A DNA stretch of 33,248 nucleotides. Source: Acidimicrobiia bacterium (GTDB lineage Bacteria > Actinomycetota > Acidimicrobiia > Spongiisociales > ZC4RG35). The position numbers and the translations under genes are program-made. The notes below the pieces were generated by a model. That model was not told the origin of the DNA, made no database searches, and saw only the letters and a list, made by a program, of their open reading frames with translations. The stretch covers positions 1-33,248 of the forward strand of contig JAOUGY010000003.1 of NCBI GenBank assembly GCA_029865445.1, written 5' to 3'. Below, one piece after another: positions 15,366 through 25,683 of the stretch (positions are counted from its first letter, which is position 1; each line of letters starts with the position of its first letter).

Positions 15366-16772
15366 TCAGAATTGGAAGTAGATGAACGGTGCGACGCCTT
15401 CGGGGCCGAGTCCGTCGACAAGCAACAGGACCGCCCCAAGGGCGGCCGCCATCGCCACCGGTCGGAGACGGCCGAATTGATGGCGGGCGCGGAGACGGAG
15501 GTGGCGCGGTACGTAGTGCACTGCGATACCGCCCGCCACCAGGAGCAGCACCGTGGGGGTCACGGCCGGCGCCGGACCGAAATGGACGAGGCGGGACAAC
15601 ATCGTCCCGGCCAAGGCGAACGACTCCGCCCGGAAGAACACCCACCCGAGACACACCAGGTGGAACGTGAGGACGCGCCTGGCGAACACGGTCGCCGGGG
15701 TCTGTGGTCTCGGTTCAGCCCGTTCGCCCATCCACCGTTCCACGGCGAGTCCGCCTCCGTGGAGCAGTCCCCAAACCACGAACGTCCAGGCGGCGCCGTG
15801 CCACAACCCGCCGAGGACCATGGTCAGCAGCAGGTTCCGGTACGTCTCGGCGCGGGTGCCGCGGCTGCCGCCGAGTGGGATGTACAGGTAGTCCCGGAGC
15901 CAGCGAGACAGCGTCATGTGCCAGCGTCGCCAAAAGTCCTGGAGCGACACGGCCCGGTAGGGATGTTCGAAGTTCTGAGGGAAACGGAAACCCATCAGGA
16001 GAGCGACCCCGATGGCGATGTCGGTGTAGCCCGAGAAGTCGGCATAGATCTGCACCGCATATCCGTAGATCGCAAACAGGACCTCGAGCGCCGAATACGC
16101 CCCCGGGTTGGCGAACACGCCATCGACGATGGCCGCGGCGAGAGTGTTGGCGACCACGACCTTCTTGAAGAGCCCTCCCGCAATGAGTCCGAAGGCCTCG
16201 ACCGCCTCCACGTTCCTCGGGTCCTTTCTCTCCTTCAGTTGGGGCAGGAACTCTGAACTCCTCACGATCGGACCGGCGACGAGTTGAGGGAAGAACGCGA
16301 GGAACACGGCGAAATCGAGGGGAGCGGTAGGACGTGCGGAACCGCGGTAGACGTCGATGACGTACGACAGCGCCTGGAAGGTGAAGAACGAGATGCCGAC
16401 CGGCAGCGTGATCCTCAGCAGCGGTAGTGGCAGGTCGATCCCAAGCCGTCCGGCGAGGTTCACGGCGGAGCTGACGAAGAAGCCGTAGTACTTGAACCAC
16501 CCGAGAGCCGCCAGGTTGCCGGCCACCGCCATCTTCACCAGTCGCTTGCGCGCATTCGGATCCGGGGCCCGGTCGATGACCGTGGCCATCGCCTGGTTGA
16601 AGACCGTGGAGGCGATGATGAGACCCAGGAACCGCCAATCCCAAGCCCCGTAGAACAGGTAGCTGGCGGCGAGCATGAAGACCTTCCACGCTCCACGGTG
16701 GGGCAGGAGGAGCCAGTTGGCTGTCAGGACCACCAGGAAGAAGATGGCGAATTCGACGGTCGGGAACAGCAT
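15366..16772 (-). CDS. MBOAT family O-acyltransferase (AlgI/PatA type)
   Basis: MLFPTVEF start, LPVGISFFTFQALSYVIDVYR, FFPQLVAGPIVR, YADFSGYTDIAIG, FWRRWHMTLSRWLRDYLYIPLGG, GLWHGA (catalytic His) and a PFIYFQF C-terminus. Confidence 0.93.
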   Translation of the reverse strand: MLFPTVEFAIFFLVVLTANWLLLPHRGAWKVFMLAASYLFYGAWDWRFLGLIIASTVFNQAMATVIDRAPDPNARKRLVKMAVAGNLAALGWFKYYGFFVSSAVNLAGRLGIDLPLPLLRITLPVGISFFTFQALSYVIDVYRGSARPTAPLDFAVFLAFFPQLVAGPIVRSSEFLPQLKERKDPRNVEAVEAFGLIAGGLFKKVVVANTLAAAIVDGVFANPGAYSALEVLFAIYGYAVQIYADFSGYTDIAIGVALLMGFRFPQNFEHPYRAVSLQDFWRRWHMTLSRWLRDYLYIPLGGSRGTRAETYRNLLLTMVLGGLWHGAAWTFVVWGLLHGGGLAVERWMGERAEPRPQTPATVFARRVLTFHLVCLGWVFFRAESFALAGTMLSRLVHFGPAPAVTPTVLLLVAGGIAVHYVPRHLRLRARHQFGRLRPVAMAAALGAVLLLVDGLGPEGVAPFIYFQF

Positions 16773-16882
16773 GGCGTTCCGGTGGAGCGTACAGCCTCAT
16801 CCGTCGAATCCTCTGTAGCCCTACATGTCGGCCCAGTCCGGTTGATTCGACTACGTTTGGCGCCGACCAAGGAACCCCATTC

Positions 16883-18574
16883 ATGGATCTCGACGACTGG
16901 CTGGCAGAAGCCGAATCCGTTCGCTCCGCCTCCGAGCACGGCTCGGTGTTGGCGGACGCGCCGCCCGAAGAGATGGAGCGGCGTCCTCGCTACCGGGTGA
17001 CCCGGCGAGGGAAGGTCGTCTTCACCGCCCTACCCGTTCTCGTGGTCGGCTCGATCCTCATGGCCTCCGGCGGTGACGAGCCGTTCACGGTGGTGGGACT
17101 CGACGATGGCTCGCTGCTCGGAGCGGAGGGGGTCGGGACGCTGGCACTCGAGGTGAACTTCGAGGATGCTCCACGGACGGGGTCGGTCAAGGCCAGTCTC
17201 GACGGCGAGGATCTGGAGATCGCCATCCCCGAAGGGGCGACGAGAGCGACAATCACGCCCGGCCCCATGGCCGACGGCGAACACGAGTTGATCGTGACGC
17301 TCGACCAACCCTTCCCGCGCGGCTCGGCCAGCGTCAGCCGGTCGTTCACCGTCGATTCCGTTCCGCCGACGCTCACGATCGCCGAGCCCACGGACGCGGT
17401 TCCGGTCTCCCAACCCGTGAAGGTGGTGGTAGAGGTCGACGATCCGGAGGCCACCGTTTCGGTGGGAGGGACGGCCGTGACCACGCAGGCAGGTGTTGCC
17501 GAACTCGACTTCGAACGTCCCCCTCGGGCACCCATCGAAGTCAAACTCACTGACGCAGCGGGCAATGTCGCCACCGTTCCGGTTCGGATACCGGTGGCGC
17601 TCCCGGGAGAACCCGGGCAGGCTCCCGTGCGGGGAGTGCACGCCAGTGGCTGGACGTGGGCCACCCCGGAGCTGAGGGATCCGATCCTGCAGATGATCGA
17701 GGAGGGCAGGATCAACACGGTCCAACTCGATCTCAAGGACGAGGGCGGCGATATCTGGTACGACACGTCCGTTCAACTCGCTCACGACATCGGCGCGGTC
17801 ACCGAGTTGTGGGACCTCCAGCAGGTGGTCGAGGACCTCCACGCGCTCGACGTCCGCGTCATCGGTCGGATCGTGAACTTCCGAGATCCCCGACTCGCGA
17901 CCTGGGCGGTGCAGCAGAACAAGATGGACATGATCGTCCAGACCCCGGATGGTGCGGCCTACGGCAAGTACGGAGGCTTCGCCAATCCGTACAACCAGGA
18001 CGTGTGGGAGTACAACATCGCGCTCGCCGAAGAGGCGGCCGCCCTGGGCGTCGATGACATCATGTATGACTACGTGCGCCGGCCCGATGACTACCTGGAG
18101 AACATGCTGTTTCCCGGTCAGGATCGCCCGCCGGAAGAAGCGATCGTCGAGTTCCTGGAGCAGTCACGGACCCGGATCAGGGCGGAGGGCGCTCGTCTGG
18201 GCGCCGCGGTGTTCGGGATCGCCGCCACCCGGCCCGACGAGGTGGCCCAGGACATCCCTGAGATGTCGAGGAACGTCGACTACATCGCCCCCATGGTGTA
18301 TCCGTCCCACTGGGGCCCCGGGGAGTACGGGGTAGCGAACCCGAACGCTCAGCCGTACGACATCGTGTATCGCTCGATGGTGGATTTCGGAGCACAGGTG
18401 CAGGGCACCGGCGCCGGCCTCATGGTGTGGGTGCAGGACTTCTCGCTCGGTGTGGATTACGGACCGGCGGAGGTTCGCGCCCAGATCGATGCCGCCGAGG
18501 ACGCCGGTGTGGACAGCTGGTTGCTGTGGGACGCCGCCGCCACCTACACGGCGGCCGCCCTAGACCCACGCTGA
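16883..18574 (+). CDS. Membrane-anchored putative glycoside hydrolase (DUF4015-like TIM barrel) with N-terminal Ig-like domains
   Basis: One TM helix (VVFTALPVLVVGSILMAS), then an Ig-like region (DGEHELIVT...FTVDSVPPTLTI), then INTVQLDLKDEGG, GRIVNFRD, IMYDYVRRP, YIAPMVYPSHW and WVQDFS...AQIDAA...WLLWDA. Confidence 0.85.
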   Translation: MDLDDWLAEAESVRSASEHGSVLADAPPEEMERRPRYRVTRRGKVVFTALPVLVVGSILMASGGDEPFTVVGLDDGSLLGAEGVGTLALEVNFEDAPRTGSVKASLDGEDLEIAIPEGATRATITPGPMADGEHELIVTLDQPFPRGSASVSRSFTVDSVPPTLTIAEPTDAVPVSQPVKVVVEVDDPEATVSVGGTAVTTQAGVAELDFERPPRAPIEVKLTDAAGNVATVPVRIPVALPGEPGQAPVRGVHASGWTWATPELRDPILQMIEEGRINTVQLDLKDEGGDIWYDTSVQLAHDIGAVTELWDLQQVVEDLHALDVRVIGRIVNFRDPRLATWAVQQNKMDMIVQTPDGAAYGKYGGFANPYNQDVWEYNIALAEEAAALGVDDIMYDYVRRPDDYLENMLFPGQDRPPEEAIVEFLEQSRTRIRAEGARLGAAVFGIAATRPDEVAQDIPEMSRNVDYIAPMVYPSHWGPGEYGVANPNAQPYDIVYRSMVDFGAQVQGTGAGLMVWVQDFSLGVDYGPAEVRAQIDAAEDAGVDSWLLWDAAATYTAAALDPR

Positions 18575-18575
18575 G

Positions 18576-18860
18576 CCCAGTCCCCAGTCCCCAGTCGCCA
18601 GTCCCCCAAAGCCAGGAGGCGAGGAGGCGAGGCGGGGAGACTCGGGTCCCAGTACCGAGTACCCGGTGGCCCTCACGACAGTACCCGGTACTCAGTACCG
18701 CCCCGGGCGGAACCCGGGCCCCCGAGTCTCCCCCTCCCGGCTGCGCCGGCTCTCCCCCCGCTGGGGGGAAACCGAACCCGTGAACCGGGAAGGCGACGGA
18801 AGGGAGAAAGCGCATCGCGCATCGCGCATGGCGCACGGCGCCCCGGGCGGAGCCCGGGGC
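18576..18860. repeat. Mosaic intergenic repeat element: heptamer tandem arrays, inverted repeats and REP-like hairpins
   Basis: CCCAGTC x4 at 18576-18603. A 13-bp IR GGGGAGACTCGGG (18634-18646) / CCCGAGTCTCCCC (18721-18733) encloses CCCAGTA-like heptamers. Twin hairpins lie at 18737-18749 and 18753-18769, GCGCATC x4 at 18810-18837, and GCCCCGGGCGGA(A/G)CCCGGG at 18700 and 18840. Confidence 0.8.
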
Positions 18861-18933
18861 TGGGGGCTAGTCCCTACGGACCTATCCGCGACGGTCCTCT
18901 GGATTGGAACCGGGTATTGCCGAACTGAAAGAC

Positions 18934-20709
18934 ATGGGTTTCGCTCTGACCGGTACGACGAAGGGTCTGTGGGAGACGACGCGCGCTCGATACGTGAGGC
19001 CCGCAGCGCGGATCATCCCGCCCGCCCTCATGTACATCGCCGTCGCCGCATGGCTCGCCGGGGCTGACTTGCGGACGGCAGGGGCCGTCGCCTTGGCTGG
19101 CATCATCTCGCGGACACCGGTGATCATGAAGACGCTCCGCACCGGCTCTCCCGATCTCGTCGGTGGCTGGTTGCTCGCCCTCACTGGGGTGTTGGCGGTC
19201 CTTGCATTCGATCCGGAAACCACAGAACTGGCCGCGGTCGCCGCCGTCGGCCTGCTTGCCCTCACCGGTGTGATCGCCCGGCGTATGTGGATGTCGGTGG
19301 TGGCGGTGAGCACCGTTGTGGTCGAATCGCTGGCCTGGCTGGCGCACGGAGCGAATCGCGACGACGTCTGGGTCCTCATCACCGTCGTCGCTGCTTCGGG
19401 CGGTGTTGCCTGGCTGGCGCGCAGCTATCGCTCCCTGGCGGCAGGGTCCGAGGAAGTCGTTCGCGTACTGTCCGACGAGCGGGCCTCCCTGATTCGGCTG
19501 TACGAGGTCGCCACCTCGATCGGGGCGTCCTCCTCCCGGTCCGAGGCGCTCCCCGACCTGCTGGACACGATCGCCCACGCCGTCGGCGTAAGAATCTGTG
19601 CGATCGCCCTCACCAACGAAACCAGAACGACCCTCACCCTCGCCGGACCCGTGTGGATAAACGGTGCCCACATTCCCGTCGAAGACGAGCTGTCGGTGCG
19701 GGTCCCGGCGGGCGGGTTCGGCTCATCGGCTCTTCGGTCGCTGCGCGCCATTCGCTTCGAACGATCCACGGCCGGTGACCTCGGTCCACTGCTGGCGGAC
19801 CTGGGACTCGAGTCGGGCTTCGTTGCCGCGTTGAGACTGGAAGGAAGGGAAACGGGGCTCTTGATCGTCGGTGATCCCATCCACGATCGCGAGGAGGCCC
19901 TCGTGGCCGAGCTCACCGCGTTCGCCGGTCCGGCGTCCCTGGTGCTGGCTCAGCTCGAGCGGCATGAGGCGGCGGCACTGCTCACGAGGCGACTCCAAGA
20001 GATCGCCGACATGAAGTCGGACTTCGTGTCGATGGTCTCGCACGAGCTGCGGACCCCGCTGACATCGGTCCTGGGTGCCCTCGACACATTGTCGCGGCCC
20101 GCGTTGACCCCTGACAACCCTGCGGCGGTTGAGCTCTTGTCCGCAGCCAGACGTCAAGCGACGCGGCTGAAGCGTCTCATCGACGACCTGCTCACCGTTT
20201 CCCGGATCGACAAGGGCGTCCTCCGTCCGAACCTCGGCTCCGTCGACCTGGGTCGGGTGGCGTCGGAGGCCTCCCAGATCGTGGGTGAGTCTCGGGTCGC
20301 AGTCTCGGTCCCCGCAGGCCTGCGAGCGGAGGCGGATACCGATTACCTGACCCAGGTTCTCACCAATCTCATCGAGAACGCCATCAAGTACGGCGACGGC
20401 TCCCCGGTCGAGGTCACGGCTTCCGATATCGGTTCTGGTGAGCTGGCCATCACCGTCGTCGACCATGGGCCGGGAATCCCGGCAGAATGCCGAGACGAGG
20501 TGTTCGAACGGTTCGCTCGCCTCGACTCCACGGCTCACGTGGGCGGAACCGGGCTTGGGCTTTCCATCGTGAAGATGCTGGTCGAGGGTATGAACGGTCG
20601 GGTCGGGGTCACCGACACGCCGGGCGGTGGAGCTACGTTCGTGGTGATCCTGGATGCCTCGATGGCTCTCGACAGCACTCTCAAGCCCGCATATGCGGAG
20701 GCGTCGTGA
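18934..20709 (+). CDS. Membrane sensor histidine kinase (TM region + GAF-like + HisKA + HATPase_c), orphan
   Basis: H-box FVSMVSHELRTPLTS, N-box QVLTNLIENAIKYG, G1 DHGPGIP, F-box VFERF and G2 GGTGLGLSIV. The start is uncertain (TTG 18904 or ATG 18934). Confidence 0.9.
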   Translation: MGFALTGTTKGLWETTRARYVRPAARIIPPALMYIAVAAWLAGADLRTAGAVALAGIISRTPVIMKTLRTGSPDLVGGWLLALTGVLAVLAFDPETTELAAVAAVGLLALTGVIARRMWMSVVAVSTVVVESLAWLAHGANRDDVWVLITVVAASGGVAWLARSYRSLAAGSEEVVRVLSDERASLIRLYEVATSIGASSSRSEALPDLLDTIAHAVGVRICAIALTNETRTTLTLAGPVWINGAHIPVEDELSVRVPAGGFGSSALRSLRAIRFERSTAGDLGPLLADLGLESGFVAALRLEGRETGLLIVGDPIHDREEALVAELTAFAGPASLVLAQLERHEAAALLTRRLQEIADMKSDFVSMVSHELRTPLTSVLGALDTLSRPALTPDNPAAVELLSAARRQATRLKRLIDDLLTVSRIDKGVLRPNLGSVDLGRVASEASQIVGESRVAVSVPAGLRAEADTDYLTQVLTNLIENAIKYGDGSPVEVTASDIGSGELAITVVDHGPGIPAECRDEVFERFARLDSTAHVGGTGLGLSIVKMLVEGMNGRVGVTDTPGGGATFVVILDASMALDSTLKPAYAEAS

Positions 20710-20721
20710 TCCGTTGCCAGC

Positions 20722-21699
20722 TCAGAATTGGAGCGCGGCCGAGGCCCAGTGAAATCCGGCTCCGAACGCCGTCAGCACCACGAGGTCCCCGGGAGCGATG
20801 CGGCCTTCTGCCTCCGCCTCCCAGAGGGCTAGTGGGACGGAGGCAGAGCCCGTGTTTCCGTATCGGTCGACGTTGACATAGACGCGCGACTCATCGAGGC
20901 CAAGCCGCGAACCCACGGCGTCGATGATTCGCTTGTTGGCCTGGTGAGGGATCACGAGAGCCACGTCGGTGATGCTCTTGCCAGCTTCCTCGAGGAGGCG
21001 CAGGACAGATGAACTCATTCGGGTCACCGCTTCCCTGAAGACCTCGCGGCCGTTCATCACGAGGCGACGGTGTGCTTCGGTAGCCGCCACGTCGGCGTTG
21101 AAAGGATGCCGCGTGCCGCCTACGGGCAATGTCAGAATCTCGGCCTTCGACCCGTCGGTCCCGGCGACGGCATGGATGACCCGGGCCCGACCGCCGTCGG
21201 GCGCCATGACCACCGCGCCGGCGCCGTCTCCAAACAGCACAGCGGTTTCGCGTTCCTTCCAGGAGACGAGTCGCATGATGAGTTCTACGCCGACGACGAG
21301 GACTCGCTTCGGTTGCAGCAGGATCCTGGCCCTGGCCACGTCGAGAGCCTGGACGAAGCCGGCACATCCGCTGCCTCCCAGGTCGAACGCAGGGATCTCC
21401 CTTGCTCCGAGTCGGTGCTGCAGGAACGAGGCGGTGTCGGGTGTCACGACCTCGGAGGTGTCGGTGGCGAGGATGATCTCGTCGATGTCTGTGGCCTGGA
21501 GGTCGGCGTCCGCTATCGCCCGTCGGGCTGCGTGCTCGGCTAGGTCGAGTGTCGATTGATCTTCGGAGGCGAACCGTCTGGTCTTGATCCCGGTCCGGAC
21601 CGTTATCCACTCGTCTGTCGTATCCACGAGTGATGCCCAGTCGTCATTGGTCATGACGCGATCTGGCACGTATCCCCCGAACCCGACGATCTCTGCCAC
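20722..21699 (-). CDS. fabH: Beta-ketoacyl-ACP synthase III (FabH family)
   Basis: DTTDEWITVRTGIKTRR, catalytic Cys in GSGCAGF, LFGDGAGA, MNGREVF, IPHQANKRII, YGNTGSAS and FGAGFHW. Confidence 0.9.
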   Translation of the reverse strand: MAEIVGFGGYVPDRVMTNDDWASLVDTTDEWITVRTGIKTRRFASEDQSTLDLAEHAARRAIADADLQATDIDEIILATDTSEVVTPDTASFLQHRLGAREIPAFDLGGSGCAGFVQALDVARARILLQPKRVLVVGVELIMRLVSWKERETAVLFGDGAGAVVMAPDGGRARVIHAVAGTDGSKAEILTLPVGGTRHPFNADVAATEAHRRLVMNGREVFREAVTRMSSSVLRLLEEAGKSITDVALVIPHQANKRIIDAVGSRLGLDESRVYVNVDRYGNTGSASVPLALWEAEAEGRIAPGDLVVLTAFGAGFHWASAALQF

Positions 21700-21756
21700 C
21701 TGCTCTCTCCTGGTCGTGGACGGGAGAATAAGACGCCTAGATCGGCCGTGCCGGCG

Positions 21757-22995
<1,239 letters not shown>

Positions 22996-23001
22996 CATCA
23001 C

Positions 23002-23046
23002 ATGATCCCACGCAGCAGACGAACGTTCGAACCGGTTGCCTAGCAT
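23002..23046. promoter_or_regulatory. Back-to-back putative leaderless promoters for ndh (-) and the M20 amidohydrolase (+)
   Basis: On the + strand, TAGCAT (23041-23046) lies 6 nt before ATG 23053. On the - strand, TGG-GATCAT (23010-23002) lies 6 nt before ATG 22995. Neither gene has an SD. Confidence 0.5.
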
Positions 23047-23052
23047 CGAATC

Positions 23053-24216
23053 ATGTCCCTCCTCGAACGAGCCCGAGACGGTCTTCCTGAGATGGTGCGA
23101 ATCCGACGGACGCTCCACGCCACCCCCGAGGTCGGTCTTCACCTGCCCGAGACCCGCCGGGTCGTCACCTCCGAGCTCCAGCGGATGGGCCTCGAACCGC
23201 TTCTTCATACGTCGACCAGTGGAGTGGTGGCCGTCGTCAGAGGCGGTGATGCGGCGCCGCGGCTGCTGCGAGCGGACATGGACGCCCTCCCGATGACGGA
23301 GGAGACAGATCTCGAATTCGCCTCGACGACCGGGAACACGATGCACGCCTGCGGTCACGATTTGCACACGGCGATGCTGCTGGGAGCTGCGCGCCTCCTG
23401 GCGGAGGGCTCGCCGCCCCCGGGACCGGTGATCCTGATGTTCCAACCGGGTGAGGAGGGGGCACACGGCGCCAAGTTCATGTTGGAGGAAGGCCTCTTGA
23501 AGACGCTCGAGGTCGAGCCGGAGAGAGCGTTCGCCATTCACGTGTTCACCTGGCTCCCCACGGGGGTCGTCGGGTGCCGCCCGGGCCCGCTGATGGCCTC
23601 GTCGGACGAGGTGAAGATCCGGGTGGTGGGCAGGGGCGGCCACGCATCGGCGCCTCATCGGGCCGCCGACCCGGTCCCTGTGGCAGCCGAGATCCTCCTT
23701 GCGATCCAGGCAGCGGTGACCCGTCAGATCTCGGTGTTCGAGCCCGCGGTTGTGACATTCGGCCACATCGGAGCAGGCACGGTGCACAACGTGATCCCGG
23801 AATCGGCGTTCTTGCACGGCACCGTGCGGGCCCTCTCCGAACTCACCCGGGCCAAGGCTCACGGGTTGATTCGGCAAGTGGCCGCAGGTGTTGGATCGGC
23901 CCACGGACTCCAGGTCGACACGACCATCGACAAGGGGTACCCGGTGACCGGCAACGACCCCGGCGAGTTCAACCGCCTGATGCGGGTGGGTGGCGCCACC
24001 GGCATCGACGTCGTCGAGATGGATGCGCCGCTGATGGGTTCCGAGGACTGGTCCTATGTCCTGGCCCGGGTACCCGGGACCATGGCCTTCCTTGGGGCGT
24101 GCCCGCCGGAGCTGGACCCGGAGGAGGCCCCGACCAATCACTCGAACCGGGTTCGGTTCGAGGAGGAGGCGATGGCGACCGGTGCCGCTTTGTACGCGGC
24201 GGTGGCCTCGGACTGA
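23053..24216 (+). CDS. M20 family amidohydrolase (M20D, hippurate hydrolase-like)
   Basis: RRTLHATPEVG, LLRADMDALP, MHACGHDLH, FQPGEEG, GRGGHASAPH, MGSEDWS and NHSNR. Confidence 0.93.
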   Translation: MSLLERARDGLPEMVRIRRTLHATPEVGLHLPETRRVVTSELQRMGLEPLLHTSTSGVVAVVRGGDAAPRLLRADMDALPMTEETDLEFASTTGNTMHACGHDLHTAMLLGAARLLAEGSPPPGPVILMFQPGEEGAHGAKFMLEEGLLKTLEVEPERAFAIHVFTWLPTGVVGCRPGPLMASSDEVKIRVVGRGGHASAPHRAADPVPVAAEILLAIQAAVTRQISVFEPAVVTFGHIGAGTVHNVIPESAFLHGTVRALSELTRAKAHGLIRQVAAGVGSAHGLQVDTTIDKGYPVTGNDPGEFNRLMRVGGATGIDVVEMDAPLMGSEDWSYVLARVPGTMAFLGACPPELDPEEAPTNHSNRVRFEEEAMATGAALYAAVASD

Positions 24217-24222
24217 CCGAGG

Positions 24223-25683
24223 TCAGTGTCCAGCCAGCTCTGCCTGGCGACCGGCCAGGAGAGAGCCCATGGCGAACGGATCGTCTTTGAACAAGAGGTC
24301 GATTGCGTCGAAATCGGCGAGGCCCGCCGAGAGTAGCTGTGCGCTCGCATCGTCCGACCCGTCGAACCGGCGCCGCAGGATTGCCCGAATGGTGTTGGAC
24401 GCCGTTTCGTTCCAGTCGCTGCGTGTTTGGGTGAGTGCAGCGAACCGGCGGGCGTCCGCCGGCGTCGGCAGGAGCCTTGCTTTCACCGATGTGGCAGGGT
24501 CGGAGGCCGCCGCCGATCTCACTGCATGCTCGAGCGTGTGCATCGTCGAACCTCCGAGTGTGAATGGAGCGTAAGACGCCGGATGGAGCGGATTACCCAC
24601 GAATAGAGGCTGGCGCCGCCGCGCCGCTCCTGTGGCGTCCATGAGGGCGTCTGCGTGTCCGGCAATCCCATCGACGTACTCGAGGTGGTCGAGCCACGGA
24701 GCCGGGAGTCCGGCCGCTCCGTTGTAGGCCCCGGCGAACGCACCGACCAGCGAGCCCACCGTCGCCGAGGCCCGGCCGCCGTTGATGGCGATGATGGTGG
24801 CCTTCACCATGTCATCGGGGGCGGACGCAAAAGCCCAGACTGCCGCCGGCAGCGCTTCGAGAACAAAATCTCCGGTACCGAGGGCGGCGTAGGCCGCCTG
24901 CAGTGGTTTGCCCACCGTGTCGAGGGCGACGATCAGACGTTCCCGAAGGTTGGATCGGGCCGGAACATGTACGAGTTCCACCGAGGGGTCCTCCAAGCCG
25001 TCGAGCGCCTGGGTGATCACGTCGAGGAGCCTCGACGGGTCGAATTCGCCCGTCGGCAGTCTGCTGAGGTGCGCGACGGTGGCGGCGGTGGCCACCGAGG
25101 CCGCCACGGCCGTCTGATCGGCATGAGTCTGCATGGTTGCGAGGGTGGCCGACAGGCGCAACATATCCATGTCGTCGGGGTGGATCAGACCGACCACGGC
25201 TGCGCGGCTGGCGGCACCACTGCCCGCCGAGTGCTGACCCGAGTGGGTCCAGGGCCGGCCGTTGCGAAGCGCGAGCGTGGCGGCGGTGTTGGCGTCGCCG
25301 GCGCCGCGAGCGATGGGGAGCCACGCCTGGAGCCGCTGGGCGAAGTCCCTCGGGTCGAACTGGCCATTGGTGGCGGCGCAGGCGGCTGTGAGAAGAGCGA
25401 GTTGGGTGTCGGCGCCCACCTGGCCCGCCGGGAGCAACGATGCGGGATGACGTGAGCACAGATACCGATTGACCCGGCCGTGCCGTTCGGCGATGGTGCT
25501 GGGGGTGAGCCCTTCGATCGGTTTGCCGAGTGCATCGCCGATGGCGAGCCCCAGGAGCATTCCGCGGTGGCGGTCGGCCGTGTCGACCTCTCCGTACCCG
25601 TGGTCGAGGTAGTCGCCGAGCGGGCGCGGAAGAAACCCACGTTCGGTCAGGACGCTTCGTTCGTCCCAGGTGAGAATATCCAC
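24223..25683 (-). CDS. ADP-ribosylglycohydrolase (ARH/DraG)-fold protein with degenerate catalytic motifs, fused to a degenerate C-terminal NADAR-like domain
   Basis: RGMLLGLAIGDALG, SAGSGAASR, QTH and GAFAGAYNG...LPAPWL identify the ARH fold. The C-terminal YAPFTLGGSTMHTLEH...TPADARR...RSDWNE...LRRRF...QLLSAG follows the NADAR/YbiA pattern. The probable start is GTG 25683 after GAGG; the ORF track extends to 25857. Confidence 0.8.
   Translation of the reverse strand: MDILTWDERSVLTERGFLPRPLGDYLDHGYGEVDTADRHRGMLLGLAIGDALGKPIEGLTPSTIAERHGRVNRYLCSRHPASLLPAGQVGADTQLALLTAACAATNGQFDPRDFAQRLQAWLPIARGAGDANTAATLALRNGRPWTHSGQHSAGSGAASRAAVVGLIHPDDMDMLRLSATLATMQTHADQTAVAASVATAATVAHLSRLPTGEFDPSRLLDVITQALDGLEDPSVELVHVPARSNLRERLIVALDTVGKPLQAAYAALGTGDFVLEALPAAVWAFASAPDDMVKATIIAINGGRASATVGSLVGAFAGAYNGAAGLPAPWLDHLEYVDGIAGHADALMDATGAARRRQPLFVGNPLHPASYAPFTLGGSTMHTLEHAVRSAAASDPATSVKARLLPTPADARRFAALTQTRSDWNETASNTIRAILRRRFDGSDDASAQLLSAGLADFDAIDLLFKDDPFAMGSLLAGRQAELAGH

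Noticed and set aside
18576-18860. CRISPR array or small CDS in the repeat-rich spacer
   Set aside because: There are no 23-47-bp repeats with unique spacers and no cas genes. The ORFs crossing it are low-complexity translations of the repeats.
20722-21699. fabH as the marker of a secondary-metabolite cluster
   Set aside because: There is no ACP, PKS or tailoring gene nearby, and the Cys-His-Asn triad is ordinary.
22999-24141. Apparent 794-aa Ndh with a long N-terminal extension
   Set aside because: The extension is the stop-free antisense frame of the M20 amidohydrolase. Ndh motifs begin at ~22995.
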